A stretch of DNA of 64,000 nucleotides from Candidatus Helicobacter avistercoris (GTDB lineage: Bacteria; Campylobacterota; Campylobacteria; Campylobacterales; Helicobacteraceae), in the NCBI GenBank assembly GCA_019115525.1, contig DXDJ01000004.1:1807-65806 (forward strand), written 5' to 3'. Shown one piece after another: positions 38,659 to 48,149 of this stretch. Under the pieces are notes generated by a model. That model worked only from the letters and a program-made list of their open reading frames with translations, ran no database searches and was not told where the DNA came from. The stretch's first letter is position 1. Each line of letters starts with the position of its first letter. A program made the translations under genes and the position numbers.

Positions 38659-40175
38659 CTGTTATAAAGAAGTGGGAATTTTTTGTTGCGATAGATTGGA
38701 GTTTGGCGATTGTTGAAGTAAAAAAAGTCGCCTATCATTTTGCTAGAGAAAAAATCTCCACACACACAAATCCCCTCAATCTCCACTAGATTTCTTAGAG
38801 CTAAATAGAGCTTTGAGGGCAAGTGCGTAAAGCTCTCAACATATCCTAGTGCGATCACTTCATTCTCTACTCCTGCCATCTTAAAACTCATTCCACAAGC
38901 AATGCACTTAGCAAGATTAAACTTCTGCAAGATCACAGAATCTTTTTCAAATACATAATCAATGCTCACGCCTCTTTTATCAAGATTTCTTCGAGCAATT
39001 TCAAAAGGATTTTCTCCAAGATCCAAAACAACCTTAGCTATCTCCCAAACCCCATAAATTCCTTGAGGAAATGTCTCAAAGCTAACATTCTTGCTCAAAG
39101 CTTTGGGGTAAGTCTTTGAAAAATTCTCAATCAAGCGTTGAGAATTTTCATCCAAAGCCTTAATCTCTTCAAGCAAAGCAAACAAATCCTTAGGAAGTGC
39201 AAAACTCATCACTTCATTAAACCATTGTGTTTGAGAGTTATAAAGAGAGATCTTATCCCCACCCTCAAAAGAAAAATAAAAATTCAAAACATTTTTTTGT
39301 TCCAAATCATTCTCGGCAATAATCGTGGATAAAAAAGCTTTATCAGGACTATGCATGGAGTTGAATTTTTCTATCAGTTTTTCAGGAGTGGTATGTGTGT
39401 GCAAAAGTGCAAAATGCTCATTTTCATACACAACAATCTCATCACACTCTTGAATTATCTCTTCTAAAATATATCTCCTCTCCCCCTCTGTTGCACCATA
39501 AACAAAACTCACCCCCCTGTTTTTAAGAATCTCAAAAAGATCATAGAGGATCTTATCTTGTGCTAATGATACTTTTACAATCTCCTCACTCTCCCCATAT
39601 CCCTTCACCCTAACAATAGGACGCTCATAACTTGCAAGAGCTTTTAATTCTTTGTGTGTAGGAGTGCAAACCTCCAAAATCCTATGCACATCTAGCACAT
39701 AGATTCTCTGGCTAGGTGTAAGGCTTAGGATATGTTCTCCACTTGGCACTCTAACAGCAATGCTCTTGCCCATCAACAAATCATTTGCAATTTGCTCTAA
39801 TATCGCTTGAGGGATGTGAGTGATTTCTTGAAGACAAACCCCACATCTATCCTCTTTGCTCTCAAGACACTCTGGGCAAAAATGTGCCGTGGGTTTAATA
39901 GGTGTGATTTGCATCATTTGCGGGAAGTCTTGAGTTTCAAAACTTCTTGAATCAATTTCATCAAGATAAATGCTCTGAGGGATTTTGACTGAAAGCGCTT
40001 CAACAATTTTTTCCAATCTCTCCACTTCATCACACTCAATCCAAAGTCGCAAATCCCCTTCTTCCTTTTGAAAAATAGTGTATTTGAGATGATCAAATTG
40101 CTTGAGGATGTTTTGCAAAAAAAAGCCAAGAGTCTCCCCAAAACCTCGATGTTCAAAACTTAATTCAAAGATCAT
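38655..40175 (-). CDS. hydE: Campylobacterota hydrogenase accessory protein HydE
   Basis: 506 aa between hydD and hypF; FCPEC...CGVC; assignment mainly by position. Confidence 0.7.
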   Translation of the reverse strand: MIFELSFEHRGFGETLGFFLQNILKQFDHLKYTIFQKEEGDLRLWIECDEVERLEKIVEALSVKIPQSIYLDEIDSRSFETQDFPQMMQITPIKPTAHFCPECLESKEDRCGVCLQEITHIPQAILEQIANDLLMGKSIAVRVPSGEHILSLTPSQRIYVLDVHRILEVCTPTHKELKALASYERPIVRVKGYGESEEIVKVSLAQDKILYDLFEILKNRGVSFVYGATEGERRYILEEIIQECDEIVVYENEHFALLHTHTTPEKLIEKFNSMHSPDKAFLSTIIAENDLEQKNVLNFYFSFEGGDKISLYNSQTQWFNEVMSFALPKDLFALLEEIKALDENSQRLIENFSKTYPKALSKNVSFETFPQGIYGVWEIAKVVLDLGENPFEIARRNLDKRGVSIDYVFEKDSVILQKFNLAKCIACGMSFKMAGVENEVIALGYVESFTHLPSKLYLALRNLVEIEGICVCGDFFSSKMIGDFFYFNNRQTPIYRNKKFPLLYNR

Positions 40176-40731
40176 TTTGTTTCATATCTCTCTTAAATGA
40201 AATTCTTGCAATCTCTTGAATACTCACAGAAGGATTTTCTATAATCTGACATTTTGGATCAAGCTCTAAGATATAGTTTTTAAGCACTTTCTCCATCGTA
40301 TCAACAGCATTTTTCATTTCATTTGAAAGCTCAAATGTCGAATCAGATTCTATTCTTGTAGGGATCACTCCAATAATCTTAATTGAAGGTATATCTCCAT
40401 GAGTTCGCATCATCTCCATTGTTTGCAGTGTTTCAACCTCATGAGCACTACCCTGCCAGCTAATTTGCTTGGGCATATTCTCAAAATCAAAGAAAAAAAC
40501 ATCTCCAAACTTGCCATCTTCACTCTCAATACAGTCAACTAAAATCACTTTGTCATATTCCACAATAATAGGGATAAGTAGGTGGGCCAAAGTCCCACCA
40601 TCGATAATAGTAATGGTATTCCCCTCTGAGGGAGAAAAAGTGTATTTCTCATCAATATAGTGGGCAAAATGTGCCCCAATCCCTTCATCTCCGAAGAGAA
40701 TATTTCCAATTCCTAAAATCAAAATCTTCAA
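40165..40731 (-). CDS. hydD: Hydrogenase maturation protease
   Basis: ILGIGNILFGDEGIG, IDGGT, SAHE. Confidence 0.93.
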   Translation of the reverse strand: MKILILGIGNILFGDEGIGAHFAHYIDEKYTFSPSEGNTITIIDGGTLAHLLIPIIVEYDKVILVDCIESEDGKFGDVFFFDFENMPKQISWQGSAHEVETLQTMEMMRTHGDIPSIKIIGVIPTRIESDSTFELSNEMKNAVDTMEKVLKNYILELDPKCQIIENPSVSIQEIARISFKRDMKQNDL

Positions 40732-41360
40732 GAGTGTGCCTTTTTATAGCTATTTTTATAAAGGTATTTCATTGATGCCATATAGATATGAATTGGCAAG
40801 AAAATGAGGAATACCCAAGTAAGCATATGGTGAATCCATCTTACATTTGCAATCCCACCCATCAAGCTCTCAATAGGTCTAAAAAGTGGATACACAACAC
40901 TCATCATCCCATTGTGATAGCAGTGCATAAAAAGCACAAAACCAGTGATAATAATCCCATAAAGGGCGATATACACACCAAGATAAGCTACAAATTGCAA
41001 TGGATTATAAAGCCCATTGTCTTTGACTTTTCCACCCAAAGTAAGATAGAAAATGATTCTTGAAGTCCATTGTTTTGCACTCAAGACATCTGCAAAAGAT
41101 CTTCTCTCAATCTCAGCTCCCTTGCTAAAAAAGAAAAGATAAGTCTTAAATAGTGTTGCACCTAAGAGAATCATTCCTAGCAATACATGCCAAAATCTCA
41201 TTTCAGCTTGCAAAAAATTTACAGGTGCTGTGAGATTGGCATCAGGCATAATAAATGGTTGAGCGATATAAAAACCGCTCACCACCAAAACAACCATACA
41301 GATAAATCTAATCCAATGCGTTACCCAAAAAGATAAGGGCAAATCGTGATGACCTTTCAT
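40728..41360 (-). CDS. hydC: [NiFe]-hydrogenase b-type cytochrome subunit
   Basis: HW, FWH, YNPLQ, IHH...IHIYM heme-ligand His pattern. Confidence 0.92.
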   Translation of the reverse strand: MKGHHDLPLSFWVTHWIRFICMVVLVVSGFYIAQPFIMPDANLTAPVNFLQAEMRFWHVLLGMILLGATLFKTYLFFFSKGAEIERRSFADVLSAKQWTSRIIFYLTLGGKVKDNGLYNPLQFVAYLGVYIALYGIIITGFVLFMHCYHNGMMSVVYPLFRPIESLMGGIANVRWIHHMLTWVFLIFLPIHIYMASMKYLYKNSYKKAHS

Positions 41361-41381
41361 TTGTTTCTCCTTTTTAAGGAA

Positions 41382-43106
41382 TTAGGCAAGGTATTTTGGA
41401 TCGATTTTGTATTCGCCCAATTTATTGCCTTTAGTATCCATTACATGCACCGCACAAGCAATACAAGGATCATAGCTGTGGATATTTCTAATGATCTCTA
41501 GTGGCTTAGTGATATTCTCAAGCTTCATACCAATGAGGTTAGCCTCATAAGGTCCTTTTTGTCCTTTTGCATCAATCGGTCCTGCATTCCAAGTTGAAGG
41601 AACAACTGCTTGATAGTTTTCTACTACACCATTTTTGATTCTTACCCAGTGGCTAAGCATACCTCTTGGCACCTCTCCAATGTAGCGTCCTTTGTATTCT
41701 TTTTTAGCATCGATTGATACAGGAGTATAAGTGCTCTCATCTTTTTTGAGGTTTTCAATCAAAGAGTTGAATGTTTCCATTCCATGCTCTGCGATGAGTT
41801 TAGTTTGAAGCATTCTTGCTGCTGTTCTTCCTAGAGTGGTGAAAAGAACTGTTGCAGGGACTCCTGCTTCTTTGAGGAAGTCATCAACAACTTTTTTGAT
41901 TCTCTTATTACCTTGAGCGTATCCTACAAGCATACAAGCCAATGGTCCAACTTCAAATGGTTTAGAATCATATCGTGGAGATTTAATCCAGCTGTATTTT
42001 CCTTTCTCATTGATGCTTGGTGTTTCAACACTCTTGCCCTCACCATTGATTGTTTGCTTAGCAACAAATCCTGTGTAGTTTGGATCAGTTTGCCCATCGT
42101 ATGGGTGAAGTGGCTTATCTTCTTTATACCAAGAGTGAGTACACTCTTCCATGATCAAGCTCTCATCAATCTCAAATGCTTTTGTAAGATCTTTATTGAG
42201 AATATAACCAGCATTGAAGAGATTTTCAGTTGCATTAAGTGCGATTCCATCTCCTGCAATGAAGTTTGGCACAGATACAGTTTGAGTTACACTCGCCTCT
42301 GCTCCAAACATCTTAGCAGCCATCAACACATCAGGATAGTAAGCTCTCTCAATAAATTCTTTTACATGCTCAAAGCGAGTTTTCCACTCAGCAAGACGGC
42401 TAGGATCTAGCAAATCTCTCACACAAGTTACGCCACCAACGACAAGACTTTGTGGGTGTGGTTGCTTACCACCAAGGATAGCCATAAGTTTTGCACCATC
42501 TCTTTGAACCTCAATACATTTAAGATAGTGAGAGAGTGCAATAAGATTTTGCTCAGGAGTTAGGCGATAAGTTTTATTACCCCAATAACCATTTGCAAAG
42601 ATTCCAAGCTGTCCGCCATCAACCATTTTTTGAACTTTCTCTTGAGCAAGTCTTAGATCAGTTTCACCTGCTGCATAAGGATTTTTGCTGTATTTGTAAG
42701 CTTCTTGCTCAGCTTTTTTTGGATCAGCTTTAAGTGCAGAGATGACATCCACCCAATCAAGTCCATGCAAAAGATAGAAGTGAACGATATGATCCTGCAA
42801 GAAAAGTGCTTGAGCAATCATAGATCTTACATATCTAGCATTAAGTGGGATTGTTACACCCAAAGCATTCTCAACTGCTTCAACTCCAGCTCGATAGTGA
42901 GAAGAGGTGCAAACACCGCAGATTCTTTGAACAATCAAGCCTACATCTCTAGGATCTCTTCCCTTAACAATCACTTCAAGTCCTCTCCAAAGTGTTGAAG
43001 AAGAAAAAGCGTTTTTAATCACATTGTTTTCATCAACTTCAACCTCAACTCTTAAGTGTCCTTCAATTCTTGTAATTGGATCGATTACTACTCTTTTATT
43101 AGCCAT
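41382..43106 (-). CDS. hydB: [NiFe]-hydrogenase large subunit
   Basis: DPITRIEGH, QRICGVC, C-terminal DPCIACAVH plus cleavable tail. Confidence 0.98.
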   Translation of the reverse strand: MANKRVVIDPITRIEGHLRVEVEVDENNVIKNAFSSSTLWRGLEVIVKGRDPRDVGLIVQRICGVCTSSHYRAGVEAVENALGVTIPLNARYVRSMIAQALFLQDHIVHFYLLHGLDWVDVISALKADPKKAEQEAYKYSKNPYAAGETDLRLAQEKVQKMVDGGQLGIFANGYWGNKTYRLTPEQNLIALSHYLKCIEVQRDGAKLMAILGGKQPHPQSLVVGGVTCVRDLLDPSRLAEWKTRFEHVKEFIERAYYPDVLMAAKMFGAEASVTQTVSVPNFIAGDGIALNATENLFNAGYILNKDLTKAFEIDESLIMEECTHSWYKEDKPLHPYDGQTDPNYTGFVAKQTINGEGKSVETPSINEKGKYSWIKSPRYDSKPFEVGPLACMLVGYAQGNKRIKKVVDDFLKEAGVPATVLFTTLGRTAARMLQTKLIAEHGMETFNSLIENLKKDESTYTPVSIDAKKEYKGRYIGEVPRGMLSHWVRIKNGVVENYQAVVPSTWNAGPIDAKGQKGPYEANLIGMKLENITKPLEIIRNIHSYDPCIACAVHVMDTKGNKLGEYKIDPKYLA

Positions 43107-43108
43107 TT

Positions 43109-44266
43109 TTACTCTCCTTTAGTATTTGCATCTTTAATTTTCATAATTGTTGCATGTGCAGCAATTCCAATCGCAGTCGCACTCAAAACCCCAATACCAA
43201 TCTTATCGGCTGTTGCATCTGCACCATTTCCACCAAATACGCTTTGGAATTTGCGATCAGCAAGAGGTTTTTCATAAGGCGCCATTGTATCCCAGAAGTT
43301 TGGTTCGCTACAACCAATACATCCATGTCCTGCTTGGATTGGCCAAGAAACACCGCTATTGAATTTACTTACAGAACAATTATTGAAAGTATAAGGTCCT
43401 TTGCACCCTACTTTGTAAAGACAATATCCCTTTTTTGCACCCTCATCACCAAAGCTCTCTACAAATTCACCTGCATCAAATCTTCCTCTTCTCTCACACA
43501 TATCATGGATTCTTTGTCCATAAGCCCAAGTAGGACGATTGAATGCATCAAGCACAGGGAGATTTCCAAAAAGAACAAAATACATCAAAGTTCCTACGAT
43601 ATTTCTCTCACTTGGAGGACATCCTGGCACATTGATCACTGTTTTGTTGCTTACAGCACTCAAAGCTTTTGCGTTGGTTGGATTTGGATAAGCTGCTTGC
43701 ACACCTCCAAAACTTGAACATGTTCCAATAGCAAATACAGCCGCACTCTTAGCAATTACTTCTTTTGCAAGTTCTTTTCCTGTTTTTGCCTCAGGTCCGA
43801 TTGTCAAAAACTTCCCATCATTTCCAAATGGGATTCCACCCTCAACCATAAGGATATACTTCCCTGCATATCTCTTCATTGCCTGATGCAAAGATAGCTC
43901 TGCTTGCCACCCAGAAGGTGCCATCAAAGTTTCGTGATACTCTAGAGAGATATAATCAAAAATCAAAGCATCAATACTTGGAAACTCTGATCGTGTCAAA
44001 CTCTCACTACATCCTGTACATTCCGCCATATTGAGCCAAATCACAGGCAATCTATCACTAAGCTCAGCTGCTTTTGCAACAAGAGGAGTATATGCTGGAG
44101 AGAGGGCAAGCATTGCTGTCATGCTCCCAGCCCATTTCATAAAATCTCTTCTTGTAATCCCCTTTTCTTCAAGCATTGAAGCAATCGAGGAACCCTCTTT
44201 CATTGCAGGCATTTTTTCAAGTTGTTCTAAACGCCTTTGCAATTTCTGCATTTCTTTATTTCCCAT
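43109..44266 (-). CDS. hydA: [NiFe]-hydrogenase small subunit (Tat substrate)
   Basis: TRRDFMK Tat motif, ECTGCSES, Fe-S Cys motifs, C-terminal anchor helix. Confidence 0.97.
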   Translation of the reverse strand: MGNKEMQKLQRRLEQLEKMPAMKEGSSIASMLEEKGITRRDFMKWAGSMTAMLALSPAYTPLVAKAAELSDRLPVIWLNMAECTGCSESLTRSEFPSIDALIFDYISLEYHETLMAPSGWQAELSLHQAMKRYAGKYILMVEGGIPFGNDGKFLTIGPEAKTGKELAKEVIAKSAAVFAIGTCSSFGGVQAAYPNPTNAKALSAVSNKTVINVPGCPPSERNIVGTLMYFVLFGNLPVLDAFNRPTWAYGQRIHDMCERRGRFDAGEFVESFGDEGAKKGYCLYKVGCKGPYTFNNCSVSKFNSGVSWPIQAGHGCIGCSEPNFWDTMAPYEKPLADRKFQSVFGGNGADATADKIGIGVLSATAIGIAAHATIMKIKDANTKGE

Positions 44267-44335
44267 ATTATTTCCTCCTAAAAAGTATTGACTAAAAAGC
44301 CCATACGATTGATTTTAGTGGAAAATTTTTTGAAT

Positions 44336-44360
44336 TATCATTTTTGGTATGTATTTAATA
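44336..44360 (-). promoter_or_regulatory. Possible NikR-type operator upstream of hydA
   Basis: Minus strand TATTAAA-N11-AATGATA versus recalled H. pylori NikR consensus TATWATT-N11-AATWATA (11/14); the AT-rich background weakens it. Confidence 0.3.
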
Positions 44361-44391
44361 ATCTTTTTTACAAAAATGTGTAGAATAGTAA

Positions 44392-45999
44392 CTATTTTAT
44401 TAACAAAATTCTTTTACGTAGAGATAAAATCATCGCTGGTGAAACAGAAAGCTCATCCACTCCAAGCCCAATTAGCTCTTCACAAACCTTTAAATCGCCA
44501 GCAAGTTCTCCACAAACACCAATCCAGCAATTGTTTTGATGTCCAGCATCAACAACCATTTTGATAAGTTTGAAAATTGCAGGATGATAAGGATTTGCAA
44601 ATCGCTCGAGTTTAGGGTTTTGTCGATCAAGTGCTAGAGTGTATTGGGTAAGATCGTTGGTTCCAATACTAAAAAAATCTACTTCTTTTGCCAAATCTTG
44701 TGCAATCAGTGCAGAAGCCGGAGTTTCTATCATTACTCCAAGCTCAAGATTTTCATCATACTCAAGCCCTTGCTCCTTTAGCTCATTTTGCACTTCTTGA
44801 AGGATCGTCTTGATCTCTTGCACTTCCCAAAGAGAGGTAATCATAGGAAACATTACAGCAAGTTTGCCATACACACTTGCCTTGCATAATGCTCTAAGCT
44901 GGGTTTTGAAAATTTCTTTTCTATCAAGACAGATTCGGATTGCACGATAGCCAAGTGCTGGGTTTTCTTCAAAATCCAAATCAAAATAATCAATCTTCTT
45001 ATCCGCACCAATATCAAGAGTTCTTATCACCACCTTTTTACCCCCCATAAGCTCCAAGACTTCTTTGTAAGCCTCAAATTGCTCATCCTCGCTAGGATAA
45101 GTATTTTTCTGCAAATACAAAAACTCACTTCTAAAAAGCCCTATGCCCTCAGCATCATTTTGCAAAGCACTCTTTGCATCTTCAAGATTTCCAATATTGG
45201 CATAAAGCATAATTTTTTTGCCACTTTGAGTGAGAGTGGGTTTGCCAATGTAGGCTTGAAGCTCTTCTTGCTCTTTTGCTTTTCTTTCTTGAATCTCTGT
45301 GAATTCTTTTAGTAACTGCTCACTTGGATTGACATAGAGCTTCCCACTCTCGCTATCCAAAATTGCGACTTCTCCATCAACACTCTCATCATAATGCATT
45401 TGGATACATGCTGGAATCCCCATCGTTCTAGCCAGAATTGCTGTGTGAGAATTGTTTGAGCCATAGCGAGTAACAAGTGCTAGGAAGCAAGAACGATCAA
45501 GTTGAAGAGTTTGACTGGGAGAAAGATCATCAGCCAAAATGATGCTAGGTTCTTTAATCTCTCTCTCAACCACACCACTTAAGATTTTTAAAACTCGATT
45601 GCTAATATCTAGGATATCTGCACTTCGCTCTTTCATATACTCATCATCCATTTGGGCAAAAAGAGTTGAGAAATACTCTCTTGCCTCAAGGAGAGCATGA
45701 GATGCGCTCTGACCTTGAGCAATCTTCTCTTCAATAAACTCATTGTAGTCAAGATCCTCAAGCATCATTGCATGCACTTCAAAGATCATTGCCTCTTCTT
45801 CGCCAATCTCTTTTAGAGCTTTTTGATGAAGTGCATTGATTTCTTCTATCGCTTTTGCTTTGGAATTTTGAAATCTTTCAAGTTCTTCTGCGGGGGTAAG
45901 GACATCTTGGTTTTGCTCTTGAGGTAAATTCTCCTTCACTAGAGCAATCTTGCCAATTGCAATCCCACCAACAACGCACTTTCCTTGATAGACTTTCAT
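44392..45999 (-). CDS. ptsI: PTS Enzyme I (PEP-protein phosphotransferase)
   Basis: GSNNSHTAILAR (phospho-His), GIGLFRSEFL, IRTLDIGADK, ENPALGYRAIR, IGTNDLTQY, CGELAG. Start set at ATG 45999 after AGGAG. Confidence 0.97.
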   Translation of the reverse strand: MKVYQGKCVVGGIAIGKIALVKENLPQEQNQDVLTPAEELERFQNSKAKAIEEINALHQKALKEIGEEEAMIFEVHAMMLEDLDYNEFIEEKIAQGQSASHALLEAREYFSTLFAQMDDEYMKERSADILDISNRVLKILSGVVEREIKEPSIILADDLSPSQTLQLDRSCFLALVTRYGSNNSHTAILARTMGIPACIQMHYDESVDGEVAILDSESGKLYVNPSEQLLKEFTEIQERKAKEQEELQAYIGKPTLTQSGKKIMLYANIGNLEDAKSALQNDAEGIGLFRSEFLYLQKNTYPSEDEQFEAYKEVLELMGGKKVVIRTLDIGADKKIDYFDLDFEENPALGYRAIRICLDRKEIFKTQLRALCKASVYGKLAVMFPMITSLWEVQEIKTILQEVQNELKEQGLEYDENLELGVMIETPASALIAQDLAKEVDFFSIGTNDLTQYTLALDRQNPKLERFANPYHPAIFKLIKMVVDAGHQNNCWIGVCGELAGDLKVCEELIGLGVDELSVSPAMILSLRKRILLIK

Positions 46000-46007
46000 T
46001 CTCACTC

Positions 46008-46265
46008 CTATAAATTTTCTTTCAAAAACTCTACCAACGCCTCATAAGCACTGCTCTCATCCTCACCTTCAATAATGAAGTCAAGCTCTTCTCCACTTTT
46101 GGCTCCCAAACTCATTACAGCCAAGATTCTCTTCGCATCTGCTTGCTTACCTTTGTTGCTAAGTGTGATTTTTGAGCTAAACTCTCCTGCTTTTTTTACT
46201 AGCACTCCAGCAGGTCGTGCGTGAATCCCTTGAGGATCCTTGATAATATGCTTAATCTCTTTCAT
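46008..46265 (-). CDS. ptsH: PTS phosphocarrier HPr
   Basis: GIHARPA with His15; GEDE motif; residue 46 is Arg. Confidence 0.96.
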   Translation of the reverse strand: MKEIKHIIKDPQGIHARPAGVLVKKAGEFSSKITLSNKGKQADAKRILAVMSLGAKSGEELDFIIEGEDESSAYEALVEFLKENL

Positions 46266-48149
46266 TTATTTCTCCTTTTTCCAAATTCCTAAAATTACTG
46301 CACCCACGATACTTCCTATCACCAAAGAGAGGCAGTAGTAAAGCACATTTTGCACCACTGGGAAAACAAAAATCCCACCATGAGGTGCCATAAGCCCGCA
46401 TCCAAAAAACATAGACAATCCCCCTGCAATCCCTGAGCCAATCATACAAGATCCAAGCACTCTGAGTGGATCGCTTGCAGCAAATGGGATCGCTCCCTCA
46501 GTGATGAATGAAAGTCCCATTACATAGTTTGTAACCCCACTCTTCTGCTCTGCAGGAGTAAATTTGCTTTTGAAAAATGTTGTTGCAAGAGCGATGACAA
46601 GTGGAGGCACCATTCCTCCAATCATCACCGCAGCCATCACATCGTAATTTCCTGAAGCAATAGAGGCTACACCAAAAACATAAGCTGCCTTATTGATTGG
46701 CCCACCCAAATCTGTTGCCATCATCACACCAAGCAAGATTCCAAGCAAGACTTTCCACTCTCCATTCATGGAGTTCAATCCCTCATTTACAAAAGTATTG
46801 ATCGCACCCACTGGTGGCTCGACAACATAAGTCATCACAAGCGCAACGCCTAAGATTCCAAGCAGCGGATAAAGCAAAATTGGCTTCATCCCATCTAGAC
46901 TTTGAGGCAAAGAAGTCAATGCTCTCTTAAGTCCTAGCACAATATAGCCTGCCAAAAATCCTGCCAAAATCGCTCCCAAAAATCCAGAACTTCCAGCCTT
47001 AGCAATCGCTCCACCCACAAATCCCACAACCAATGCTGGACGATCAGCAATACTCATTGCAATAAATCCTGAAAGAATTGGAAGCATAAAGCTAAATGCC
47101 ATCCCTCCAATCCCCATAAAGAATTTTGCAATCTCGCTATTGCTTCCAAATGCTTTTTTTACCCCATCACTTGCATTAAGCAAATCTACATAATAGCCAT
47201 CAATCAAAAAAGAAAGTGCGATTAAAAGCCCGCCACCCACAACAAAAGGAAGCATATAAGAAACGCCATTCATTAGATGCTTATAAAGTGAGTGTCCCAA
47301 AGAAACTTTGGCCTCCTCTTCTTCTCTAAGCTCTTGAAAGTCTTGTGCTCCTTGATAGATGGGCGCATTTTGAGCCTCATTGATAAGCTCTTGAGGTCTA
47401 GAGATTCCCTCTGCCACTTTGACAAAAAGCACTCTTTTGCCTTTAAATCTCTCTAGTGGTACTTGAGTATCAGCAGCGATAATGACACACTCAGCATTTG
47501 CAATATCTTCGCTGCTTAGCTCGTTTTTTGCACCACTTGAGCCTCGTGTTTCTACTTTGATCACTACTCCCATCTCTTGAGCTTTGCTCTCTAGGGCTTG
47601 AGCTGCCATATAAGTGTGAGCAATCCCTGTTGGACACGCAGTAACTGCCAAAACTTTTGCATTCTCAACCTGCTTTTTTTCACTCTTTTGCACACCTTGA
47701 GCCTCATCAATGATTTGAGAAAACTCCTCTGCACTTTTGGCTTTGAGAAGATTGGCTACAAAATCTCCTTGCATAAGCAAAGTAGAAAGCTGACTTAAAA
47801 TTTCCAAATGTGCTTCATTTTTACCCTCAGGTGCAGCGATCATAAAAAGTAATCTAACTTTTTCACCATCTAGAGAATCAAACTCCACTCCATCAGGAAA
47901 AACCATCGCACTCAAAGTTGCACTCTTTACACTTGAGCTTTTAGCATGCGGGATTGCAATCCCCTCACCAATCCCTGTGCTTCCTTCTTCTTCTCGTTTT
48001 AGCACTGCTTGCATATAGCTTTGAGAATCTAAGAGATTCCCACTTTTGCTCATTAGCTCAACACCTTGAGCAATCGCCTCGCTTTTGGTATCTGCTTTTG
48101 CATTTAAACAAATGCATTCTGCTTGTAGCAAGTCAGTGATTTTATTCAT
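46266..48149 (-). CDS. fruA: PTS fructose-family EIIABC permease
   Basis: IIA GIAIPHAK, IIB TACPTGIAHTYMA, IIC HLMNGVSYMLPFVVGGG, DLGGPINKAA, ITEGAIPFA. Confidence 0.95.
   Translation of the reverse strand: MNKITDLLQAECICLNAKADTKSEAIAQGVELMSKSGNLLDSQSYMQAVLKREEEGSTGIGEGIAIPHAKSSSVKSATLSAMVFPDGVEFDSLDGEKVRLLFMIAAPEGKNEAHLEILSQLSTLLMQGDFVANLLKAKSAEEFSQIIDEAQGVQKSEKKQVENAKVLAVTACPTGIAHTYMAAQALESKAQEMGVVIKVETRGSSGAKNELSSEDIANAECVIIAADTQVPLERFKGKRVLFVKVAEGISRPQELINEAQNAPIYQGAQDFQELREEEEAKVSLGHSLYKHLMNGVSYMLPFVVGGGLLIALSFLIDGYYVDLLNASDGVKKAFGSNSEIAKFFMGIGGMAFSFMLPILSGFIAMSIADRPALVVGFVGGAIAKAGSSGFLGAILAGFLAGYIVLGLKRALTSLPQSLDGMKPILLYPLLGILGVALVMTYVVEPPVGAINTFVNEGLNSMNGEWKVLLGILLGVMMATDLGGPINKAAYVFGVASIASGNYDVMAAVMIGGMVPPLVIALATTFFKSKFTPAEQKSGVTNYVMGLSFITEGAIPFAASDPLRVLGSCMIGSGIAGGLSMFFGCGLMAPHGGIFVFPVVQNVLYYCLSLVIGSIVGAVILGIWKKEK

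Noticed and set aside
40728-40790. HydC C-terminus looks slightly shorter than homologues
   Set aside because: All heme-ligand His residues are present and the stop overlaps the hydD start normally; this cannot be told from ordinary variation without an alignment.
41445-41470. Possible [NiFeSe] hydrogenase, given selABC in the window
   Set aside because: The C-terminal motif is DPCIAC with TGT codons and no in-frame TGA. I found no convincing selenoprotein gene in this window.
41913-43717. Long antisense ORFs over hydB/hydA (also 8627-9157 over ligA and 37963-38403 over hypF)
   Set aside because: They are shadow frames of conserved genes with no RBS or recognisable motif.
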